Positions 1 to 10,900 of a stretch of DNA of 64,000 nucleotides are shown in pieces. The stretch is from Geosiphon pyriformis uo1 (taxonomy: Eukaryota; Fungi; Glomeromycota): NCBI GenBank assembly GCA_016748015.1, contig JAAOMT010000664.1:628715-692714 (forward strand). Reading direction: 5' to 3'. The translations under genes were made by a program, and so were the position numbers. The notes beneath the pieces were generated by a model. The model saw only the letters and a program-made list of their open reading frames with translations, searched no databases and was not told where the DNA came from. Position 1 is the first letter of the stretch. Each line of letters starts with the position of its first letter.

Positions 1-1217
1 AGGATTTTGTTATCAAGTTTTAGCTTGTATGATCTGTTGCCTAGAACTTTATGGATAAAGAATGACCTATCTCATTTATTTTCAAATTTTCCACTCCATT
101 GTTTTTCAGCTTTAGTTTTGTATAAGAAAACTTTGTTTCCAACTTTAAATTTATTAGTGACTGGAGGCAATTTGTTGTTATGCCATTCTTTTTGTTGAGC
201 TTGGGAGTGTTCAATATGAGTGGCTGCTATTCATTATTTTCCTTCTAATGTGCTAAGCAGAGTATAGGCTCTTCGCTAAAGCATTTTTTAGAAATTGTCT
301 TCATCGATTGGTTGTACTGGGTATGTTTCCACTGTGAAACTTATTGGTAACATTGCTGTCCTTCCATAAGTTAAATCAAATGGTATGTGTTTTGTGGTAT
401 CTTGTTTTAGTGTTCTATATGCTAGTAACACTGATGGAATAAAAATATCCCATTCTTGCTCAAAATTGGTTGAGACTTTGGCTAATAATTTACACAGTGT
501 CCTATTGAAACATTCTACAAGCCCATTTGTTTGTGAATGGTAGGGCAAAGATAATGGTCTTTTGACATTAAATTGTTCACAAATTTCCTGGATTAAATTG
601 TTCACAAAATGTGTTCCTTGATCAGATAAAAGTTCTATTGGGCATTCATGTCTACAAATGATGTCTTCGTAAATGAAGTTTGCTACTGATTTTGCATTTG
701 TTCATTGAATGGCTCTGGCTTCGGGCCATTTGGTGAGATAGTCTACAGCTACTGCAATATAATGGTTTCCTTGGTTTGTGATAGGTAGTGGTCTGACTAA
801 ATCAATACCAACTCAGTCAAAAGGCTGTTCAACTTTGATTGAATTTAAAGGTTCTGTAAGGTGAATTCCTCTTCTTTTTTGACAACTATCACATGACTTA
901 ACATATTCATGGATGTCTTTTCTCATTCAAGGCCAAAAGTAATATTCTAGTGTTCTCTGGATGGTGCTGTCTTTTCCTAGGTGTACTGATGAAGGGTCTG
1001 AATGCATGTTATATAAAATGGTTTCTTTTTCATGTTCTTGTATTAATCTGAGCGGATTGTTTAGGTTTCTGAAGTTTCAATAATAAATCATGTTGTTGTG
1101 TAAGAAATATTGTTTGGCTTGTTGTTGTAACTAATGTTTTTTATCTGGGAACCAATCTGTTGGGATTGTTAATGTCTTCAAATATTGTTTAAGATTGTTG
1201 TAGTTTTCGGGGTTCAT
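1..1217 (-). pseudogene. Integrase of A1, a separate ORF starting MNPENYNNLKQYL (truncated by the window edge)
   Basis: HHCC (H..SVHLG..CDSCQ), GIDLV, SDQGTHF, GLVECFN; contains ORF 288..605. Internal stops. Confidence 0.9.
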
Positions 1218-3105
1218 TGTTTGTTGTTTTGTTGCTGTTAATTTAAATGGGTGTTGGTTCTGTTTTCTAATCTTGCCTCATTCTTGAGAGACAATCAACA
1301 TTGATGTGGAGTTTTCTTGGTTTGTGGTGTACAATGTATTGGTAGTTGGCTAAAAATCCTGTCCATCGGGTTTGTTTTGCATTCAGTTGGGTGTTTTTGT
1401 TTTAAAGCCATTTGAGTCCAATATTATCAGTGATAATATTGAATTCTTTAGGCCTAAGATAAAAATTGAAGTAGTGTAGGGCCCAAATTATGGCTGCTGT
1501 TTCTAGTTCTGTGGCAGGGTAGTTTTTCTCGGCTGGTTTTAATGTTCTGCTAGCATAAGCAATTACTCACTCATTTCTATTGTCATCTAATTGTGATAAG
1601 ATGACACCAAAGACAGTATATGAAGCATCTGTAGCTAGTCGAAATCAGTTGCTAAAGTCTAGGTAAGCAAGAATTAGAGCTGTTGTTAGCTTTTCTTTGA
1701 GAATTTCAAAAGCTTTTTGGTGTTCAGTAGTCCATTTATATTCGATGTTTTTGGTGATAAGTTGGTTGAGAGGTTTTGCAATTTCCAAAAATCTTTTGAT
1801 AAACTTCTGATAGTAGAATGCTAATCCGATGAATCCTCTTAATTCTGTGGTATTTTGAGAAGTTTTGAAATTTTTGACAGTGCTTATTTTTCCTGGATCA
1901 GGTTTAATTCCATCTTTGCTTACAATGTGGCCAAAAAAGGCCAAACTCGTTTTTCCGAAGTAGCATTTTTCGATGTTTAGTTTCAATCCTGCTTTTTGTA
2001 ATCATTGAAAAACTTCTTACAGGTGTTTTAAGTGTAATTCAAAAGATGGTGAATAAACATTAGTATTATCGAAATAGACAACTACTGATTTTCAAAGGAG
2101 GCCTTTGTAAACAACATCTATGAGTCTTTGGAATGTTGCTAATGCATTACATAATCCGAAAGGCATTACGTTGAATTCATAATTTCCTTCTTGAGTGGTG
2201 AATGTTGTTTTGGGGCAATCTTTGGGATCCATGGCAACTTGCCAATATCTGCTTTCTAGATCTAGTGTTGAAAAGTATTTGGATTTTCCAAGGGCATCTA
2301 ACATGTCATTGATTTGGAGAAAAGGGTAAGCATTTCCAATGGTGACACTGTTGAGTTGTCAATAATCAACACAAAATTGTATCTTTCCATTTTTCTTTTT
2401 AACTAGGACCACAGATAAGGCCCATGAACTCATTAATGGTTGAATAAGGCCATTGTTAAGCATCCATTGCACTTCTTTTCGGATAAATTGGTGACTTTCT
2501 GGGACAACTCGGTAGGCTTGTTGTTATCTTGGTTTGGCATCTCCTGTATAGATTTGGTGTTGAACCAAATCGGTTCTTCCTAAGTCATTGTTGTTTTCGG
2601 CAAAAATATCGACAAATTCTGTAATTAGCTCTTTGAGCTGGTTCTGTTGTTGTGGTTCAAGTTGTCCCATGTTGATTTGAGATAGTTTTTCCATAACAAC
2701 ATAGTAGTTTTTAGAACTGAGATTTGGGTTGATTTTTAGTAGTGAATGTTTAATGATTTCTGAAAAATTGGGAACTGTCTGGGGTAATTTTTGTTGAAAG
2801 ATGTTACTATGAATGACTCCGATTTCTAAGTTATTTAATAAAACTATGGGATAATTATTGGGATTGTAAAAAGTAACTCGGACTTTCTTTGTTCTTTCTA
2901 GAATATAAATGTTTAGGATCAAGATATTATGTTTCAAGCAGACTTGTTCATTGGATTCAAAAATTTGTTGTGTGGTTGTTAACTTTGGGCAGGTGTAAAT
3001 TTCTGGATGTTCTTCAAAGGGTGAAATAGTAATTGGTTATGGGAGTCATAAAATCTGATGAGATTCATTTTGTTCATTAAGAGCTATGTTTACTGGAACT
3101 GTGAA

Positions 3106-3530
3106 TCATCCAGTTGAACCAAAACCTTTGGTTCCTCTTTCACTTTTTCCCAATTGTTCTCTTTGACTGACTAATCGTAAACCCGAAATGTTGATTAAAG
3201 GTAAATAAATAGCTTGAGCAATTTTTTTGACATGTTCAATCTGAAAAGATTTATTGGTTTCATTTTGTAATATGATTGTAATGTCTTTTGTATATCCTGC
3301 ATCTATGATTCCTTCTCTAACATTAATTCTTTTGCTCGCCAATGATGATCATAAAGCGATTTGGACCATTGCTCCTGGTGAGATTTCAAGGGCAATTTTG
3401 AGGTTGATTTTTGTGAGCAATTTAGGTTTGAGAATAAGGGTATCTTTTCCTGGATATCTTAGATCATATCCAGCATCAATTTCATGAGCTTTTTCAGGCT
3501 TTATTCCTTGTCTATTGTTGTTGAAGTATT
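3106..3530 (-). pseudogene. dut: dUTPase domain within A1 pol
   Basis: All five dUTPase motifs: AGYDL, (R)SSLA, GIIDAGY, KIAQAI, RGTKGFGSTG. Confidence 0.92.
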
Positions 3531-6500
3531 TGAGTTGTGAAGCAGGCTGATTTTTGATGAGATAGACAGGTGTGGCTTTTATTTTTTCTGTTGCTTCAGG
3601 TTCTCTGAATTCAATTTCATATTCATCACTTTCACTGGATAAGGGAATGCTAAAAGTGTAGCATTCAGGACACTATTGTTTATTGCAAGGCATTATGCAT
3701 TTCTCACATAATTTAATGTTCATTTGTTTTAGCTGTTGAGCTTGAACTTCTTTGGTTGGATAAGTGTGACTGGCAATTTGGTGATATACTTCTACTTTAT
3801 CTTCATAGTTGTATCCAGCGATTTCAAAGGTGTATGCAATGTATTCTGATTCTTTCATTTAATGAACATTTTTTTGAGTGGCTCCATTGATTAAAGCCAT
3901 TGCTAAATCAAAAATCATTTTGGCATCGTGAGAGTAATAGTACAGTTTGTTGAGGGTGCTATTGTAAACAGTATCAAAAGATGTTTCTCTTTTGACTTTT
4001 TCTGAAATTGATAAAGCATATTGACAGATTTGATTGCAGACTCCTCCTTTCATTGCTACATCAATCCAATTGCATTCTTCTGGTAGCATATCTCCACAAG
4101 TCAAACAAGGAGTGTTGTCCCATTTTCCACTTCTTTTTATTAGGTGGTCTTATCATTCTCTGTGGCAAGCCTTGCAGTAATAACAAGTATGATTTTCATA
4201 TTTTTCTTCAGGTGAAATGCAGGCTCTCATTGATGAAAGTTTCTTGTGGCAATCTTTGCATTTGAGTGGAATGTAAGGGCATTGTTTTTGTGGTTCTGGT
4301 TTTGAATAGGGGACATTCCATCCAGATGTTACTGGTTCTTTTGTTTCAAGAGAATCGTATGTTGAAAAATACTGTTGTTCAGTTTCATCAGCCCAATTGG
4401 AGGTTGATCCAAGTGCCATAAATGTTTCAATGATGGGTTTTTCTTCTTCCAGTTTGAATTCAAAAGTCAGAGCTTTTTTGGAGTGTTTGTTGAATATACT
4501 ACAAGTGGCAGGTACTCAGGCATGTTGTCCTTGGTAGGAGATTGTTAACTCTTGTGTCTTCCAATTTAGATTAGCATTGGCTTTTTGGAGCCAATTGTTT
4601 CTGACGAAAGCTTGGTATTGGGGAGCATCCATGACCAAAACTTTGACTGGAATGGTAATTCTGTCAATTATGAATGGGAAGTTATCAATTTCTCCTACTG
4701 GAGTTTTTTTCATGCCATTAGCAGTGACAATAATTGTCTGAGCTGGTCAGTCAATGTTTCTCTTTAGCTGGTGTATCAATTGATATGTAATGATGCTTCT
4801 GGTAGATCCACTGTCTAGGATCAAGCGAATTGGCTTTTCTTCTACTTCAGCTTCTATGTACATTGTAGTGATGGCTTTTTGCTCATTAGCCGTTGCATTG
4901 CTAAGCAAGAATGGTGATTCATTTGCTTCAAATTCAAAAGGGAATATATCTGAAAGGTTGGCGTTTTCAGCAATTCTGACTGGTGGGATTATGGTAGGAG
5001 TATAGGAAGAGTTTTGTTGTTGTGCTGCAGCTCTACCTTTTAAGAGTGCAGTATGGTAAAAATTCTGTTCTTCTGGTATCATAAGATAACTAGGTTGAGT
5101 ATGATAGTGGTTGGGTCTTGGTTAAGCTCAATTTCAGGGAACCAATTGGTTGTTTGAATTGATTCTATTGTTGTTTACTTGGTATCGGTTTTGTGGTGTG
5201 AATTGATTTTGCAGAATTAATCTTTGAGCAGGCACTTAATAATGTTGTGTGGGTGGTTGTTGATATTGCTATTGAATTGGCTGTGGGGCAGGCTGATAAT
5301 AGTTACTTTGGTATTGGGGTCTTGGTGGATAGTAAGCTGGTAGTAGTGGTTAATAATAAGATTGCTGTGATGGAGAGTAACGTTGATTACTCCTATTTTG
5401 TTGGTCTCGTTTTAGCTTTCTGCAATCTCTTTTCCAGTGGCCAGAGATTCCACAGTAATGGCAATTCTGAGACTGGTTATTAGAAAGTGGTGCAAAGTTA
5501 TTTTAATTTCATTTTTGGGGTGGTTGATATCTTTGGGGTTGCTGTTGTTGTTGGTTGGTAAAATAGTTTTCAACTTTCTTTGTAAGTTGGTCAATTTTCT
5601 CCTCAGCTGTTAAGCTGGTTTCTCCAATTGCCAAATTTACAAGTTTTGTACAATTGGCCTCTTTCATGGCCATTTCATATCTTTTTGCATGCTATATGGC
5701 AGAGTTTAAATCTTCTGGGGCATGTGGGTGAATCTTTTTAATCAGTTTATCTTTTAGACCAGCAATAAATTGATCCAAGATTTAAGCATTTAAGTAATAA
5801 TCATTGGTTTCTAGTTAACAAATCTTTCTGAAAAGTTTGTTAAACTTCTCAAGATAAGTCATAACAGATTTGGAGGATTCTTGTTTGATATTGTGAAACC
5901 AATTTCGAAGGGTAATGGAGGTATTATTGTCAGTGAACTGTTCAAGAAAGGCTGCTTTGAAAGCATCCCAATCATTGAATGAAGCAGCCAAGTTTTCAAA
6001 CCATTTTTCTACTGTTCCTTTGAGAAAGTAGGGGATAGTTTTTAACATTCTGACAGCATTCCAACCATTCACGTCTCTTGCTTTAGTGACTTGGTCAAGC
6101 CATTTTTGAGGACTGGTTTCAATGTCCTCTCCTAAAAAGTCAGGAATTTTTGCAATATAAGTAGAGACCATTTCTTTTTTGTTTTCTGAGTCTTCTGATT
6201 TTTGTTCTAATTCGGTCTTTTCACTTTGATTTTCTGCTAAGTAGTCAATAAGGTTTGTGCTGGTTGATATTGGTTCTTGTTGTTGAATAGAGCTTTTGGG
6301 TGACTGAAAATTTTCTATTCTTGAAAATCAAATAAGAAGAGAATTTAGTGTTTGTGGTTGAGTAAATGAAATTGGAAATAGTGTAATAAAAAGTAGTAAT
6401 TTGACACTGGTTCCTTGTTCAGGTGTTTGCAAGTGTTTGGCAGTTGTCTTTGTCAGTATTGGAGTGTTTGGAGTGGTTTTTGAGTGTTGTTTTGTTTTTT

Positions 6501-6893
6501 GTTTGCCTTTGTTGCTTGTTTCTGTTTCTGATTCAGAGTCAAAAGAGTATTTGGACTGCACTGGATATTTTTCTTCGCAATACTTGATAATGTTATAATT
6601 GAGTTCTTGAAAGTAGGTGGCAAGTGTTTCACTGTTAAGATCTTCAGTTTTTAATCGTGAATAGTGCACTAAATTATTGTAGAGGTTGCTTTTAACTTCT
6701 GAAATGTTGTAATTTCCAAGAAAATAATTGTTGATATGGTTTTTAATATATAGGTAAAGTGTTCTCTTGACAATTTCAGTTCCATCTGAAATGTTAAATC
6801 TTTGCTTGCAATGGGTGTAAATTGACTGGTAGTACTCTAGAGTTGCTGTGTCTGATGTGGTCACCACTTTGAATTTTGTTGTTGCTGTGTTAT

Positions 6894-6911
6894 TTCTGTG
6901 AGAGAGCACCA
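6894..6911 (-). promoter_or_regulatory. Primer-binding site of A1 (TGGTGCTCTCTCACAGAA), 2 nt from the LTR; tRNA identity uncertain
   Basis: TGG-start 18-mer just after the LTR end. Decayed copy TGGTGTTCTTTTATGGAA at 8059 in A2. Confidence 0.8.
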
Positions 6912-6913
6912 AA

Positions 6914-7902
6914 TGTTACTGAAGGTTTTTGGTCTCTTTTCTGTAATGTTGTTAATGCCTGTTTGCTGTGAATTCACGTTTTCTGGATGTGGTTGAACCT
7001 CCAGTAACTGAATTTATCTTCAAATTATCTTCTATAATTTGAACTGCTGGGCTTATAAGTAGAATGGCCAATTTCTTGCCAGTTACTTTATGTAGTTATG
7101 TTGTAGTAAACATCAACTCTTTCCCAGGAATTGCTTATCTGGAAGCTCACTAAAAATGTGTAGTTACTTTGCTGTGAAAGTCAACACTTCTACAGGAATC
7201 TTGTCTGTAGGCTACCCTGATGATTGTAATAAGAAAAAAAAAGAAAAATAAAAGAAGTGTAAAAAGAAAAGAAAAAAATGTTTTATGGAAGTCATTTCGG
7301 ATTCAGGCCTGGAAGCATTTTAACAGTTTACTGAAATTGGTAGCTAGTCAATTTCAAACTGTTTAGTAGGAATTGGTTAATTTTAAGGGAAATAATTAAG
7401 AATTTGATTTTTCAAATTATTTGATATTTATTTTGTTTCTGTGTGTAAAAGATGATTCTAATTGATAAATCTGAGGTAAGATAAGATATATTTTCTCAAA
7501 AAGAGAAGCTCTTCTTTTATACAATTTGTTATAACACTATTCTATAAACTTGAACTTTGCTATTTTCTACAATTTCACTGAACTAAAGATACATTTCGGC
7601 AAACTACAAGTTATTTCTGCAAATTATTAAATATTTTGGTGAATTATTAATTATTTCAGCAAATTTCTACAAATTTTGGCAAACTTTTTGAATGTTACAT
7701 AGTTCAGGGTATTGCATGATTGATCATCGTAATTAGGTTACATTTGTGTTATGTACAAATTGGGTTATTAATTAAATGAAAATTTTGGATATTTTGCTAA
7801 TGTAATAAGTGATAATTTGAAACGATAATATATGCTAATTAATAATAGAAATTATAAAGATAATTTCATGCTAAATAATATCTTTAATTTTGTTTGATAA
7901 CA
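6914..7902 (-). repeat. A1 5' LTR (~990 bp)
   Basis: TGTTAC...ATAACA termini; aligns end to end with 56187-57166. Confidence 0.93.
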
Positions 7903-10900
7903 CTATTTCACTTATAAGCTTAGCAGTTCAAATTCTAGGAAATAATTTAAAGATAAATTCAGTTATCAGAGGTTTAATAACTTTCAATAAACATAAATTT
8001 ACAGCAAACAGACATTAACAACATTCTAAAAAAGAAACCAAAAATCTCCAGTAACATTTGGTGTTCTTTTATGGAAATAATACAACAATAACAACTTCAA
8101 AGTGACAATCACATCAAACATAACAACTCTAAAGTATTATCAGTCAATTTACACTTATTGTAAACAATAATTTAAAATATGAAATGAAATTATAGTCTTT
8201 AAGAAAACATTTTTTCAATATATTAAAAATCAAATCAATAAATATCTTTTTAAAAACTACAATATTACAAAAGTCAAGTAAAATTTTCTCAAAAATATTA
8301 TTTACTACTTAAACAGAAATTTAAAAAACATTAGTGCTAAAAGTTGTGTTATTTATTTTGAAAAGCTTGATTATAATATTATTATGTTCTGTAAAGAAAA
8401 GTATTTTGCCAACTCACAATTTATTTTTGAACTCGAATTTAAACTTAAAACAAGTAGCAAACATAAACAAAAAAATATACAACCAATTTACACAACACTT
8501 AATACACTAAAGACAATTTTTTAATATTTGTAAACACCAGAATAAGAAACTAATTCTATATTACCACTTTCAATCACACTTTTTTCAGCTTCACTTGCTC
8601 AAGTTCAAACACCAAATTCACTACTTAATTATTTTTCAAGACCAGAAAATTTCACATCACCAAAAAGCCTAACACAACAGCTTAAATAAATCTTTACTAG
8701 TACTAATTTTCTCAATTTCCTAACAGAAAACCAAAGTAATTACTTTAATAACAATAAAAACTTTTCTGAATTCACAGAAAAAAAAACTACTGAAAATGAA
8801 GATATAAAAGACATAACAATCATCTATATCACAAAAATTACTGAATTTACAGAAAAAAATATTGACATTAGTCCACAAGAGTGATTCAACAAAATCCAAA
8901 AAGCAGGAGATACAAATGAATAAAATACAGCAAAAATATTAAAAACAATCTCATACTTTTTTTAAAAAACAGCAGAAAAATGGTTTAAAAACTTGACCAA
9001 ATTTTTTGAAAACTGGCAAGCGTTTAAAGATGCTTTTTTAAAACAATTTATTATCAACAACATCTCTATAACTTTTCAAAATTGCTTTTACAATATTAAA
9101 CAAGAATTATTTAAAACTGTTATAACCTATTTTGGAAGATTTAACAAACTTCTTAGATGAATTCAATAATTGAAAACTAATAATTACTACTTTAATACTC
9201 AGATTTTGGATCAATTTATTGCAAAATTAAAAGACAAACTTATTAAGAAAGTTTGATCACATGTTTCAGAAAATCTAGTCACTGTTATTTAATATGCTAA
9301 AGTCTATGAAATAACAATAGAAAAAGCTAATTGTACCAAATTCATGAATCTTGCAATTGGAAAAACCAGTTCAACAGCTAAAAAAAATTGATCAATTGAC
9401 CAAAAAAGTTGAGAATTATTTTACTAATCAACAATAGCAGCAACAACAAAGATATCAATCACTTCAATAATAGAATCAAAATAACTATATACTATTACCA
9501 AACAATCAATCTCAAAGCTATTACTATTGTAGAATTTCTGAACACTAAAAATAAGATTGCCAAAAAATACAATAAGACCAATAATAATAGAATAATTAAT
9601 GTTATTCTTAACTTTAACAGTCTTATTACTAATTTTTACTACCAGTTTATTATTTATTAAGACCCCAATACCAAAACAATTACTATTAACCTGTTCTATA
9701 ACTCTTTCAACAACAGTCTCAACAATCATTTGCTTAGCAATATTAAATACTTGTTCAAAAATTGATCCAATAAAACCAATTTGCATTACAAAATTGGTTT
9801 TTTAACAACAATTAATTTAATCCCAACAACCAATTAGTTTTCTAAAATCCAGCTCAGCAAAGATTTGTATATTATTATATTTAATCCAGTTATTTCACAA
9901 TGTCAAAAAAATCTGATTTTCAATAAACTGCACTTTTTGAAAGTAAAAATACAGTTTCAGAACAAAATTTTTTTAATAATACAATTTTATTAACCAGAAT
10001 TCCTCAAAATACCAACCTTTTAAATATATTCCCATTTAAATTTAAAGTCAATAAATCATCATTTCTACTTAATAATGTAGCAGCTAACAAATAAAAAATA
10101 ATTATAGTAATATATACAGAAGCTAAAATTAAAGGAAAACCAATTCAATTAATCTTAAATAATAAATCTACTAAAAGCATTATTACTTATTAGTTAATGC
10201 AACAGTTGAAATAAAATGTTAATAGATCAGCCCAAACAGTTATTATTACAGCCAATGATATAAAAAAAACTCCAGTAAGAAAAATTAACAATTTCTTCTT
10301 TACAATTAATAGAATCACTATTCTAATAAAAGTTTTTGTCATAAATATACTCTAATACTAAGCTTTTGTTAAAAACAATTGGCTTATTAAAACTAATATA
10401 AACTTAGACTAGAAAACACAAAAATTAAAAATATTATATTAAGGACAATATACTCAAGTATCTGTTACATGTGATATATTTAACAAACAATTCAAGAAAG
10501 CCTTAGTATTTGAATTTAAAGAAAAAAAAGAAATACAAATTACTAAGACATATATGACTCTTAAATTAACATTTAATTGGACCAAAAAAACAGAACAAAA
10601 AATCTTTAAAGAAACCAGAAGATAAAATGTTGTTTGATATTCTACACCAGAACTACAGAAACAACTATTTTATATTCTACTTAAATGTAAAAACTACAAC
10701 AAAAAACTTTCATTAATAAAAGCATGTATATTTTCAGAAAAAAATATGAAACACACACCTGTTATTTTTGTAAAACATACTATAGAAAACAATTTGAATA
10801 TTCCAAACAAAGTAGAAAATAGAACAATACTCTTTGTTTAATATATATAAAAATACTACCAGAAAAATATAACTGGATTAATATTGCAATAAAAAAAATA

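Larger units (their letters stand above)
1267..6912 (-). pseudogene. gag-pol: A1 single-frame gag-pol: leader, capsid, CCHC knuckle, aspartic protease, Cys-rich domain, dUTPase, RT, RNase H; ends SRMRQD*
   Basis: ORF fragments starting 6912, 6171, 5082, 4713, 4419, 4104, 3858, 3342, 2937, 2304 and 1986 are all in one frame. Motifs CHYCGISGHWKRDC, LILDSGS, MPFGLCNA, YFDN (from YLDD), ATDAS. Confidence 0.92.
1..7902 (-). mobile_element. Ty3/Gypsy LTR retrotransposon family A, copy A1 (3' part runs off the left edge); inserted into the 5' LTR of copy A2
   Basis: LTR 6914-7902, PBS, then gag-CCHC-protease-dUTPase-RT-RNaseH-integrase order. Collinear with 58119-64000. Right flank CTATTTCACTTATAAG is internal A-LTR sequence (compare 18146). 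Confidence 0.95.

Noticed and set aside
700-4750. TGA stops shared between A1 and A3, suggesting recoding or an alternative genetic code
   Set aside because: They fall at Arg CGA codons, and other sites give TGA in one copy and CAA in the other (3106, 4747, 1078), as expected from CpG decay.
5247-5594. Recurrent antisense or alternative-frame ORFs over gag (also 9424-9786, 63427-63705, 29190-29423, 30726-31034)
   Set aside because: Shadows of the Q/N/T-rich coding strand, repeated only because the elements are repeated; mostly non-ATG starts.
7047-7071. tRNA-Ile(TAT) anticodon-like GCTTATAA in the family A LTR
   Set aside because: Match too short in AT-rich DNA, and the family A primer identity is unknown.
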